From positions 2,240 to 66,239 of the IMG/VR virus record IMGVR_UViG_3300045988_082153: a DNA stretch of 64,000 bases. One strand, 5' to 3'. Source of the DNA: a virus. Both the position numbers and the translations under genes were made by a program. This document shows positions 43,101 to 51,534 of this stretch, piece after piece (within the stretch, counting starts at the first letter, position 1; the number at the start of each line of letters is the position of its first letter). The notes under the pieces are model-generated. The model did not search any database. It saw only the letters and a program-made list of their open reading frames with translations, and had not been told where the DNA came from.

Positions 43101-46100
43101 GTGAACGTGGAGAACTGTAACTGGAGCAGCAACGGCTTTGTAAAGGACACCTACGGCACACCCACCTACGGAACGGAGAACGACAAGGGACGCATGGCAC
43201 TGCGCATAGCAGAGGACATGAAAGCCCGATGCACCTACAAACCATTCTCCGGCACAAGCATCGAGCAGAACGGACTGGCACTGAGTTTCACCATCAAGGT
43301 GAAGAACGTGGAAGACCGCACGGCAAGGCTCATAGACTGCCTTGGCGACAACTCGCTCGGCTTCTATGTGACAGGCGAGAAGCTTGTATTCACCTGCGAC
43401 GGAGCCACCGCCGCCAACCAAGACGACCTTGGCGCACAGCAGACCGCCGTAGCCCTGTATGCGACCGACAAGGAGACCCGCTTTGACATCGTGATAGAGC
43501 CGACCAGCATTGCCCCCTACTCGGGTATAGGCAGCATCAAGATATATGTGAACGGAGACGAGGTAGCAGCCACCTACTACAATGCAGGACGCTTCGCGCA
43601 CAACGACATGACGATGCTCTTTGACGGCACAAAAGCCGACATCTACCTGTACCGCCTCACGGCATGGGCGACCTACTACAACTACCGCCAAGCGTTCAAC
43701 AACTACCTCGTAGGACAGAAAGACACCACCGCCATGCTGACCGAATACGAGAAGAACCAAGTGATGGCATCGCAGACGGCAGAGGGAATAACCAAAGACC
43801 GCCCCACACTGCAAGCGTGCATGAACGCAGGACTGTGCTGCGTGACGCTGCTGAAGAACGCCGACACCCCCGACATAGAGCAGAGCTACCCCGGCTACCT
43901 TGACAAGCTGGACGGCGACAAGAAGACCAAAGCCTACTTTGACTGGGTAATCCGTTTTCCCGACCGCCCATGGCAGGACTGCAAGGTGTACAATGTGCCG
44001 ACCACCAACCAAGGCACGACCTCATCGCTTCGCCCAATCAAGAACAAGAAAGGCAAGTTCAAGGGCTGCAAGATTGAGATGCTCCACACCGAGGAGGACT
44101 TCAAGGACAACCCGACGGCACTCGCTAAGTTCAAGACGGCACAGAAGATGGCAGCGAAGAGCCAAATACAGGTGATAGACGGCGGCTTGTGGGTAAAGAC
44201 CATAACAATCAAGGTGGACTATTCCGACTCGACAGGCGCGAACAACGGAGCCACGATGGAACTGTTCAACAAGGTGCAGCGCGCCATGGGAGCCGACTAT
44301 ATGACCCCTGCACAGAACGCCTACAACGGCGAAGGCACGATGAACACCAGCATCGACAGCGTGACGTGCGCCCTGTTCCGCACCGACCAGCAGAGCGTGG
44401 ATGCCACCAACGAGACCTACGCCTACTTCCATGCCAAGGCCAACTTCAACGTGGACAAGGGCAACCCCTCTTTCTTCGGCTTCGAGAAAGTGAGCGGCTA
44501 CAACGGAGATTGCTTGAACTATGGCGACTTCAAGGAACTCGTGGCAGAGAAAGGCCAAGACATCAACATCTTCAAGGTACAGTCCCTTGCCAAGAGTGAC
44601 GAACTCATAGCCTCGAACATCTACATGCTCTCGGAGTACTGCGGCGAGAAGCACATCTTCCTGGAGAATGACGGTACGGGAAAAATGGCAGAGTGTGATG
44701 CTACCGCCGACCCGACCGAAGTGGACAAGAGCCTTGCCGAAGTCATTGCCGATGATGTGAAGAACTATGACTGGGGAACGGTGTACTTGACCAACGACTA
44801 CAAGTATGTGAAGTACACAGGCGGCAAGTGGAAAGACACCACGGGCAAGATGCAGTATGACCAGAGCGTGAAGAAATGGACGGTGACAGGCAGAGTGCTG
44901 AACCCTGTGGAGTGCTTCGAGTACTTGAAGTATGACAGTCTGTGCTGGCTGCAAGGCGTGAACGGCATCGAAGACATGATGAAGCTCGACCCTGCCACAA
45001 GCAAACCCATCTGGCTGAGTTACTACGAAAGCCGATACCCCGATGATGACGACTTGAACGACCTGTATGCGCAGGGCAAGAAAGTGCCGTACCGCCTGTA
45101 CAAGTGGCTGCGGTGGACGCAAGACTGCTCGCAAGACCGCACAGAGGCAGACGGCGACATCACCATTCACGGCAAGACCGTGGCAGGAACCAAGGAGAAC
45201 CGTCTGAAGAAGTTCTGCGAAGAGCTGCACGAATGGGCCAACGTGAAATCCACATTGTCGTATGTGGTGGGCAGCGATTATGTATTGGCCGTTGACCAGC
45301 GAAGCAAGAACATGATGATAACGTTCTACCTCGACACCAACGGACTGGTACGCGCCTACTTCAACCACTGGTATGATGGTGACTGCGTGTGGCTCTCGGA
45401 CAACGACTGCGGTGTGACCATACCTTGGGACTTGGACAGCAAGGTAGACCCCAAGCACTACTACCAAGGCTGGAACTCGGTGATGTTCCAGCAAGCGTAT
45501 GCAGGAGACAAGTTCTGGCTTGACGACAAGGGCAGCACTACCGTAACACTGCATGATGTGGCGCAGGATATGCGCACGGCAGAGGCAGACGGCATCAAGA
45601 TATTCTCGGCAGACGGCTGCAAGAAGCTGTGGATAACCGACCGCATAGACAAGTGGGCGAAGATAACCAGTTCGTTTGACAACGAGCGCAAATACATAGA
45701 GAACTCCAAGGCAGGAGCCAACTACTACTATGCCGTACACGGACTGAGGTATGAAGACCTGCCTGTAACGTTTGAGAAGCGTTTCGCCTATCGTGACGGC
45801 TTCTACCAAGTTGGCGAGCTGTACACCAACCCGTTCAAGATGCGTGCCGTGGGTACGGACATCAGCATCAAGATAACGGCAGCGCAGGACGCATTCTTCG
45901 GACTGGGTGTGGACCGTGCAGACGCTTGTGTGGACAGCTGTTACCTCAAAGCAGGAGAAAGCTATACGCTGAAGAGCGGCATGACCGCCACAGGCTCGGG
46001 AACGATGCTCTATGTGTTTGGTGCGAAATACCTTGCCAGCCTTGACGTGAGCGGCTGCACACCAAAGGCAGAGGGCTGGGACATCAGCAACTGCGACCTG

Positions 46101-48386
46101 CTGCAGGAGATAATCATCGGCGGTGAGGACTACACGCCAGAAGAAGGCAGCGGAGCCATCACCCAACTGAACATGGGCAACAAGAGTTTCTTGAAGCGCA
46201 TAGACGTGCGGAACACGAAGATAACGAGCATCATAGCCTCGTACTGTCCACGGCTGACCGAGGTGCTGGCGAGCGGTTCGCAACTTGCGAGCATTGACTT
46301 GGCAGAGACCGCCCCGATAGAAACGCTACAGTTGCCCGGTACTATGACCACACTCTACTTCAAGAACCTGCCACGGCTGACCTATCCCGGCGGACTGACC
46401 ATTGAGGGCGGCATGAGCAAGGTGACGAAGATGTTCTTGGACGAATGTCCGAAGATAGACACCATGACCTTGCTGCGGCAGATAACCACGGCAGGAGCGT
46501 TGAAGAGTGTGCGCATACCCGGCATCAATGCCACGGCAAGTGTGGAGATGCTGCGCGCTATAAAGAATAGCGGTGCCGTGGGAATAGATGCCAACGGAGC
46601 AACCTACGATGAGAGCGGCCAGTGTAGTGGACTGTTGGGACGCTGGATATTGACAGAGTTGGTGGAAGATGAAGAGGTGGAAGCCCTGCAAACGTACTTC
46701 CCCAGACTGACCGTCATCAACTCGCAGTTCTCCATGGTGAAGATAGACGATGTAGTGAGCGGCGACTTCTGCGAGAAATACAGCAATCCCGAGAACGAGA
46801 CAGGTGCCGACTACGACAAGACATTCGTGGCAAGCGGACACACACTGAAAATCGTGCAGAACACCCATGCCTACAAGTGTACCTACAACAGTAAGTTGAA
46901 ACAGATGGAAGGCAGACAACTGAGCGACACCGACTTCAACCGCCTCATTAACGGCGAAACCTTTGATGTGGGCGACAGCGCAGGAGAAGGCTTCGACATC
47001 TTCCACCATTTACCCCACTTCTGGTACAAAGGTGTGAACGACTACAAGAACCAAGTAAAGTATATCTTCCACTCAATGACCGACAACGAGCCGCTGACCA
47101 CCGTAGGCAAGAAGAAAGAAGCAATGCTTTCGGAGTTGCTCTATGCCGAGAATACAGGCATCTATGCAGACGAGGCGCAGGAGGGCGAGACCATCGGCGA
47201 CAACATCATCACGACAGCCGCCAACGTGAATGCCTACCGCATGGACGTGGAAGGCATGAAGCAAGTGAGGTGGCCTGGACTGAACCATGCAAGGCTCGGA
47301 GCCGTGTTCACCGATGCGAGCGGAAAGATAGTAGGCAAGTTCATCATGATGGTGAGCCACACCTACTTTGACTTCACCATAGGCAAATATGTGTTCTGTG
47401 ATGTGCCGAACGGTGCCAAGTGGATGTACTTCACATCGTATCGCGACATCGAAGACACCATGTGTCTTGCCGTTGACAGCGAGAGTTTGGAAGCCATAGA
47501 ACCCGAATGGACGGAGCATACCGTGGGCGATGTGGACAGCCTCGTTGGAACGTACCCCATAACCATAGACGGACTGAAACGCCCCCGAAGCATATCGGGA
47601 GCGGTGCGTTCGAAGAAAGGCGACGGAACATCGCAGACCTCAAACGAATGGGCATACGACAGCGAGGGCAACCCGACGGAGATGCCTAACGGCACGTTGC
47701 ACTTCACCGACAAGGACTTCCAGAACTGCTGCCGTATGCGTGGCGAGGGTTATCAGTTGCAAGACTACGAGATGCACAAGGAGATAAGCAACCTGTGGTG
47801 GGCAACGCACGGCACGACCAACGAGCAAGCCGTTGTGGGCAACGGAGCGCATGATGCGATACTGAACAGCCGCGACGACATAGGCATGGCCGACACCGCC
47901 TATGTGGGCAATGCGATGAACTCAATCATGGGCTTGAAGCACTATGTGGGCTGTGACTCGGAGTGGATGGACTACATAGCAGGAAACGTGAAGAGCTACA
48001 CAGAGTTCTACAAGAACAGATGCGTGGAGACAAACGACGACCCTGTGGACTATGTGTTCCACATCTACGACCCGATAAAGAAGACAGAGCGCATGGTACA
48101 GAGCGTTACCAGTGGCGGCAACTGCGTGGTGAGAGTTGTGCATGGAGCCAAGTGCGACATATTGCCCAGCAAGGTGCATCAGACCGACACCAGCAAATAC
48201 ACGACCCACTATGCGGCAGGACTATGGTTCCCCGGCAGCAGAGGCCGCTGTGTTCTGCGGTCTGGCAACTACTCGTATGCGAACAGCGGTCTCGCTTGTG
48301 CGTACGCGAACTACGCTTCTTCGCACTCGTACACGGACTACGGCGGTCGGCTGGCCTTCCGCGGAAAATTCGTGATTGTTGACTAA
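40164..48386 (+). CDS. giant tail fibre / receptor-binding protein (2,740 aa), the DGR target
   Basis: Fibre-type N-terminus and coiled coil (..GEAGGLAPLDENGQVSSQYLPSYVDD). Leucine-rich repeats at about 46030-46600. C-terminal C-type-lectin-like variable region ending ..GRLAFRGKFVIVD. Confidence 0.85.
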   Translation: MSSIPTKQIDGDVAVSRDVNIGGKATIRGSAKVGHNLTVDGWLEAKNIKGPNKGLFKTAAQLREAYPNPHEGWWALVTVEGSAASDHLGQLYVADGGTWVAQVDSNGNPLLKGNPTVDSTEYMEAVEGMTADLEAVKVDVNQNKSDISSLRTTQTTQGNSINTLNTQMNTAQSDITTLKKTVSDNKTELAKGVAEVQSDLNTFKKTKGEAGGLAPLDENGQVSSQYLPSYVDDALEFGCIVSDVTAQMSSVSKKSDDENCSVVYNKTTNTFLLKYSKPSESEFDLRPTITYYNNWLDGDLYGEATMNGRVPHSGKIFMDVSTNKTYRWAGTKLAVIGSDLALGHTSGTAFPGNEGADIQERMNEVESTADINRQLIENTSTELLCRNTINANNLLSLGEREVTLSVVLEKIFDLENSVRYMKPGIVLSFLSETGIQNKQWTNYGKKTETDWKTEANWTDFGSNGSAIGNTVNVNDICDDTEYTLSTAIKAVLDKEKESGLSYMKAGVVLTYKTADMTSNGSPKWEAYQFTRNVEDINPADLKPWVEFGGGGNNAVPTSDTPEKDGKEAFSTGGAYTNIPNNLRIDTETQGVVKLQLENAEHEAVGDEVQFAVGGGGGESTGTIVSIQFEQSPLYAKAGGSVVMKAAVRSITTQGNNELSNMIEKVVLKDRDTGQTLETFMFNRASSASGDTYDFEMDVSSYFVTATTKRFQLIAYDDAGNTGSRNINVSGVDVTISSVQTLNYTSSTSLAVGGVAKSIPMYKFANNASDKGIKVITEIYMNGEWKTLGEQTILDTYSHSITVDPKSCLTEALTHGAYPLRIHGEDVGSGVRGNYLHTAIMVVEAGNNTPIIAMRWYTDQLKGKRKLYENIEIDYAVYVGDNDEPQATILYDGAKETTAIAYRQQTNTYTKQVLESVHDGTKSVSVQVTCGDSQGETATFVVDGSLVDVEEVTTLREFNITMDSRSNGETDKSIKDGSVEVNVENCNWSSNGFVKDTYGTPTYGTENDKGRMALRIAEDMKARCTYKPFSGTSIEQNGLALSFTIKVKNVEDRTARLIDCLGDNSLGFYVTGEKLVFTCDGATAANQDDLGAQQTAVALYATDKETRFDIVIEPTSIAPYSGIGSIKIYVNGDEVAATYYNAGRFAHNDMTMLFDGTKADIYLYRLTAWATYYNYRQAFNNYLVGQKDTTAMLTEYEKNQVMASQTAEGITKDRPTLQACMNAGLCCVTLLKNADTPDIEQSYPGYLDKLDGDKKTKAYFDWVIRFPDRPWQDCKVYNVPTTNQGTTSSLRPIKNKKGKFKGCKIEMLHTEEDFKDNPTALAKFKTAQKMAAKSQIQVIDGGLWVKTITIKVDYSDSTGANNGATMELFNKVQRAMGADYMTPAQNAYNGEGTMNTSIDSVTCALFRTDQQSVDATNETYAYFHAKANFNVDKGNPSFFGFEKVSGYNGDCLNYGDFKELVAEKGQDINIFKVQSLAKSDELIASNIYMLSEYCGEKHIFLENDGTGKMAECDATADPTEVDKSLAEVIADDVKNYDWGTVYLTNDYKYVKYTGGKWKDTTGKMQYDQSVKKWTVTGRVLNPVECFEYLKYDSLCWLQGVNGIEDMMKLDPATSKPIWLSYYESRYPDDDDLNDLYAQGKKVPYRLYKWLRWTQDCSQDRTEADGDITIHGKTVAGTKENRLKKFCEELHEWANVKSTLSYVVGSDYVLAVDQRSKNMMITFYLDTNGLVRAYFNHWYDGDCVWLSDNDCGVTIPWDLDSKVDPKHYYQGWNSVMFQQAYAGDKFWLDDKGSTTVTLHDVAQDMRTAEADGIKIFSADGCKKLWITDRIDKWAKITSSFDNERKYIENSKAGANYYYAVHGLRYEDLPVTFEKRFAYRDGFYQVGELYTNPFKMRAVGTDISIKITAAQDAFFGLGVDRADACVDSCYLKAGESYTLKSGMTATGSGTMLYVFGAKYLASLDVSGCTPKAEGWDISNCDLLQEIIIGGEDYTPEEGSGAITQLNMGNKSFLKRIDVRNTKITSIIASYCPRLTEVLASGSQLASIDLAETAPIETLQLPGTMTTLYFKNLPRLTYPGGLTIEGGMSKVTKMFLDECPKIDTMTLLRQITTAGALKSVRIPGINATASVEMLRAIKNSGAVGIDANGATYDESGQCSGLLGRWILTELVEDEEVEALQTYFPRLTVINSQFSMVKIDDVVSGDFCEKYSNPENETGADYDKTFVASGHTLKIVQNTHAYKCTYNSKLKQMEGRQLSDTDFNRLINGETFDVGDSAGEGFDIFHHLPHFWYKGVNDYKNQVKYIFHSMTDNEPLTTVGKKKEAMLSELLYAENTGIYADEAQEGETIGDNIITTAANVNAYRMDVEGMKQVRWPGLNHARLGAVFTDASGKIVGKFIMMVSHTYFDFTIGKYVFCDVPNGAKWMYFTSYRDIEDTMCLAVDSESLEAIEPEWTEHTVGDVDSLVGTYPITIDGLKRPRSISGAVRSKKGDGTSQTSNEWAYDSEGNPTEMPNGTLHFTDKDFQNCCRMRGEGYQLQDYEMHKEISNLWWATHGTTNEQAVVGNGAHDAILNSRDDIGMADTAYVGNAMNSIMGLKHYVGCDSEWMDYIAGNVKSYTEFYKNRCVETNDDPVDYVFHIYDPIKKTERMVQSVTSGGNCVVRVVHGAKCDILPSKVHQTDTSKYTTHYAAGLWFPGSRGRCVLRSGNYSYANSGLACAYANYASSHSYTDYGGRLAFRGKFVIVD
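48244..48359 (+). repeat. DGR variable repeat (VR)
   Basis: 116 nt aligned to 49198-49313 with 11 mismatches, all at positions where the template repeat has A. Confidence 0.93.
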
Positions 48387-48415
48387 GCGGAAAGCGAAAG
48401 CTCGAAAAAAGCGTC

Positions 48416-48458
48416 AGAGGGAGAGCCGACGAAAGGAGGCTGCTCCCTCTCCCTTTTT
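48416..48458 (+). terminator. intrinsic terminator 1 after the tail-fibre gene
   Basis: GAGGGAGAGCC / GGCTGCTCCCTC stem (11 bp with one bulge), followed by TCCCTTTTT. Confidence 0.55.
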
Positions 48459-48481
48459 ATCTCGCGTCAGCGAGATTTTTT
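48459..48481 (+). terminator. intrinsic terminator 2
   Basis: ATCTCGC-GTCA-GCGAGAT is a perfect 7-bp stem followed by TTTTT. Confidence 0.6.
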
Positions 48482-48534
48482 ATAGGCTCTGCAAAATAAA
48501 AGTAAAAGTTGTATGATATATCAACTTTTTGTAT

Positions 48535-48542
48535 TACCTTTG
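48535..48542 (+). promoter_or_regulatory. -7 box TACCTTTG placed 4 nt before the toxin ATG (leaderless-type promoter)
   Basis: Exact TAnnTTTG match. The same geometry is seen at 58567-58574 (-). Confidence 0.4.
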
Positions 48543-48546
48543 CACC

Positions 48547-48882
48547 ATGAACTCAGAACGGAGAATACTGGTTTACAAAGATTATTTCCTCACGTTCTAC
48601 CGCGCCTTGGAAGCAGGAGCGCAGAAGAAGATAGACTATGTGCTTGATGTGCTGAAGATGCAGGACAGAGTGAGCGAAAAATTTGTAAAGTACATAAAGG
48701 ATGGTCTCTATGAAATAAGAGCCTCCTACAATGGTAATATATATCGAGCGTTCTTCATTTTCGACGAGGGCAACATCGTGATGCTCTTCAACGGCTTTCA
48801 GAAGAAAACCCAGAAGACACCCTCCAAAGAGATAGACAGAGCACTTGAACTTAAAAAGGAATATTATGCAGGAAAGAAATGA
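48547..48882 (+). CDS. RelE/ParE-superfamily toxin, phage Gp49/HigB-like
   Basis: ATG at 48547. DGLYEIRASYNGNIYRAFFIFDEGNIVMLFNGFQKKTQKTPSKEIDRALELKKEY is the typical Gp49-like/DUF891 pattern. Confidence 0.8.
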   Translation: MNSERRILVYKDYFLTFYRALEAGAQKKIDYVLDVLKMQDRVSEKFVKYIKDGLYEIRASYNGNIYRAFFIFDEGNIVMLFNGFQKKTQKTPSKEIDRALELKKEYYAGKK

Positions 48883-49168
48883 CATTAGCAGTTTTGATGC
48901 CATTCTTGACGCCAAGTATGGAGCAGTAGGAACTGCGGAAAGAGAGGCTTTCAGAAAAGAAGCCACCAACTATTGCGTGGGACAGATTATCTATGATGCC
49001 CGTAAGCAGGAGCACATGACCCAATCTGACCTCGCAAAGAAAGTCGGTACGGACAAGACCTACATATCACGCATAGAGAAAGGTGTGATAGAGCCTGGTG
49101 TGGGAATGTTTTTCCGCATCATTGACGCTTTGGGACTAAAAGTGGACATTGTGCGTCCGATAGTATAA
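48866..49168 (+). CDS. XRE-family HTH antitoxin (HigA-like)
   Basis: MTQSDLAKKVGTDKTYISRIEKGVIEPGVGMFFRIIDALGLKVDI. It overlaps the toxin stop by 17 nt. Confidence 0.8.
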   Translation: MQERNDISSFDAILDAKYGAVGTAEREAFRKEATNYCVGQIIYDARKQEHMTQSDLAKKVGTDKTYISRIEKGVIEPGVGMFFRIIDALGLKVDIVRPIV

Positions 49169-49197
49169 CAAGAAACAAAAGGCAGAAAATCCCACGC

Positions 49198-49313
49198 GCC
49201 GCTGTGTTCTGCGGTCTGGCAACAACTCGAATGCGAACAGCGGTCTCGCTTATGCGAACGCGAACAACGCTTCTTCGAACTCGAACACGAACTACGGCGG
49301 TCGGCTGAAATTC
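49198..49313 (+). repeat. DGR template repeat (TR)
   Basis: Non-coding copy of the VR, rich in AAC triplets, lying 99 nt upstream of the RT ATG. Confidence 0.93.
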
Positions 49314-49411
49314 TAAGTGGTACTTAATCGGGGGACTCTGACGTGGCACGAGGATTGCCGCAAACAAACTCCGAGGGATTAGAGCCTCGGCAACAGCATG
49401 ATAAACGAATT

Positions 49412-50899
49412 ATGGAAAGCCGGAACACGACATTAACCACATGTGGGGAGTGCGCAAGTATCTCCCCACAGGACAGGAAGGCTGTCAACACATTGGAAGA
49501 CTTGTTAGGACAGGTAGAAGCACCGACTTCTATCTGTTTTCCTTTATATAACCTCATCCCAGAAATTATTTCGGACGAAAACATGGAACGCTCGTTCAAG
49601 CGTGTCATGTCGAACCTTCATAACGCAGACACGCGAAGCGGAATAAAATGGAGGGAGACGGTTGTTATAGATGGTGTGGAATGTACTCCACGCATGGTGC
49701 GCTATATGAGACGCAAGAAAGAAATTATTGCCGAGTTGAAAGAACAAATAGGTAATGGAACTTTCCGCGTTGTTCGTTTATCCTCGTTTGAAGTGGACGA
49801 TGGTCCGAAGAAAAGAATGGTTCAAGCACCTCCTGTTGTGAAACGTATAGGCTGCAATGCCATCATGGAGATTGTGGAAAAACACCTTTCGCCATTGCTA
49901 ATTGAAAACACGGCAGCTTCGATAGAAGGACGCGGCCCACACGGACTATTCCACAAGATGCAGGAAGTGAGAGCCGAGAACCCCGACCTTATATATTATT
50001 ATCAAAGCGACTATAAAGGTTATTATGACCACATATTGCACGACAAGATGATTGACATCATCAAGCAGTATATAGCCGACCCGATATTACTCCCCATACT
50101 AATAGACTTCGTTAAAGTATTGCACCCGGATGGCAACGTAGGCATCAGCAAGGGACTACGCTCCTCGCAGTTCTTCGGCAACCTGTACCACAATGACATT
50201 GACCATGCCATGATAGAGGAGTGTGGAAAGGATAACTACAACCGCTTTTGTGACGACATATACATATATGGAGACAACAAAAAAGAGTTGTGGAAACACA
50301 GGGACACACTGCATAGGCTAAGTAAACCCTACAATCTGATAATCAAGCCGAGCGAGAAGGTTGCTCCAGTGAGTGCAGGAATGGATGCACTGGGTTATAT
50401 TGATTATGGTGACCACTCACGAATACGCAAGCGCACAAAGGTGAACGCTGCGAGGAAACTCGCCAAGATAAAGTCGAGAAAGCGAAGGCAACAAATTATA
50501 GGCTCGTTCAAAGGAATGGCATGTCATGCGGACTGCCAGCATTTATATTATATATTAACAGGTAAAAACATGAAGAAATTTTCAGAAATGGGCGTGACCT
50601 ATAAGCCAGCAGACGGAAAGAAACGTTTTCCCGGTAAGGTGACACGCTTGGGTGACATCGTGAAAATCCCGGTAGAAATTCACGACTACGAGACACTGGA
50701 CACGAAGTTTGGCGAAGACCGCTACTTAGTGTCGTTCAAGAACCCTGCGACACAGGAATGGGGCAAGTTCTTCACCGCTTCGGACGAGATGAAAGGCATC
50801 CTTGACCAGATAAGCGACATCGAGGATGGCTTTCCGTTTGAGACCGTCATCAAGTGCGAACAGTTTGACGGCAGCAAGCGAAAGTATAACTTCACCTAA
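49412..50899 (+). CDS. DGR-type reverse transcriptase with a roughly 100-aa C-terminal extension
   Basis: PLYNLIPEIISDENMERSFKRV (N-terminus), QSDYKGYYDHI (motif A), GLRSSQFFGNLY (DGR SQ motif), FCDDIYIYG (xxDD), SFKGMACHADCQHLY. This is followed by an extra domain, KNMKKFSEMG..KRKYNFT. Confidence 0.88.
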   Translation: MESRNTTLTTCGECASISPQDRKAVNTLEDLLGQVEAPTSICFPLYNLIPEIISDENMERSFKRVMSNLHNADTRSGIKWRETVVIDGVECTPRMVRYMRRKKEIIAELKEQIGNGTFRVVRLSSFEVDDGPKKRMVQAPPVVKRIGCNAIMEIVEKHLSPLLIENTAASIEGRGPHGLFHKMQEVRAENPDLIYYYQSDYKGYYDHILHDKMIDIIKQYIADPILLPILIDFVKVLHPDGNVGISKGLRSSQFFGNLYHNDIDHAMIEECGKDNYNRFCDDIYIYGDNKKELWKHRDTLHRLSKPYNLIIKPSEKVAPVSAGMDALGYIDYGDHSRIRKRTKVNAARKLAKIKSRKRRQQIIGSFKGMACHADCQHLYYILTGKNMKKFSEMGVTYKPADGKKRFPGKVTRLGDIVKIPVEIHDYETLDTKFGEDRYLVSFKNPATQEWGKFFTASDEMKGILDQISDIEDGFPFETVIKCEQFDGSKRKYNFT

Positions 50900-50972
50900 A
50901 GCGACTCACTAAAGATAAAAGCGTGAATTGGGCTGCATACTATATCTTTGCCTCAACAAAATCATAGCGACA

Positions 50973-51443
50973 ATGGAAAAGATATACGGCACAACCAAAC
51001 GTCAGGACGGACTGCAACGAGTAGGCAAGAATAAATGGCTGCTCTATTTCGGTCTGTATGAAACAGAGAGCGGTACATACGAATACCGCCATACGTTCAC
51101 GCACAAGCCCACGCTTGACGAGATAAAGAAACTTGTTTGGGCTACGATAGACGCAGAGACCAAAGACAAGATTGTTAATCAGTTTGAGTATGAGGGCATC
51201 AAGGTTTGGCTCACAGACGAGAAGCAGCGTAACTTTGCCTCTATTGAGAACAACGAAAGTGTTACATTCCCACTTACGTTGAAGCTCAACGAGAAAGCCG
51301 ACGCTACACCAATCTATCATACCTTCCAGACGCGAGACGAGTTCAAGAAGTTCAGCGAGGCCGCTGCATGTTTCATTCTTGAAACCATCAGGAACGGATG
51401 GAAGGAGAAGGACAATGTAGATTGGGACGTGTTTGACATGTAA
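50973..51443 (+). CDS. hypothetical; DUF4376-like (tail-fibre assembly-associated) pattern
   Basis: ATG at 50973. ATIDAETKDKIVNQFEYEGIKVWLTDEKQRNFASI resembles the DUF4376 motif (from memory). Confidence 0.55.
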   Translation: MEKIYGTTKRQDGLQRVGKNKWLLYFGLYETESGTYEYRHTFTHKPTLDEIKKLVWATIDAETKDKIVNQFEYEGIKVWLTDEKQRNFASIENNESVTFPLTLKLNEKADATPIYHTFQTRDEFKKFSEAAACFILETIRNGWKEKDNVDWDVFDM

Positions 51444-51534
51444 TCACAACATTATCAATAAGAGGAACAGGAGAAATCTTGCTCCTCTTTTTTTGTGCTA
51501 CAATAGTTAAAACGACGCTCACCGGTTAAGTCGC

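Noticed and set aside
44022-46283. 753-aa ORF on the minus strand inside the tail-fibre gene. Other long antisense ORFs are similar: 43050-44012, 24210-25265, 7417-8190 and 31759-32640.
   Set aside because: They lie entirely antisense to long motif-supported genes. They have aberrant V/H/A/L/C-rich composition and no motifs. They are typical shadow ORFs of GC-rich coding sequence.
51462-51494. Possible terminator after the DUF4376-like gene (AGGAG-N8-CTCCT followed by a T-run).
   Set aside because: The stem is only 5 bp. It is too weak to call, although the T7 run and its position before the lysis promoter are suggestive.
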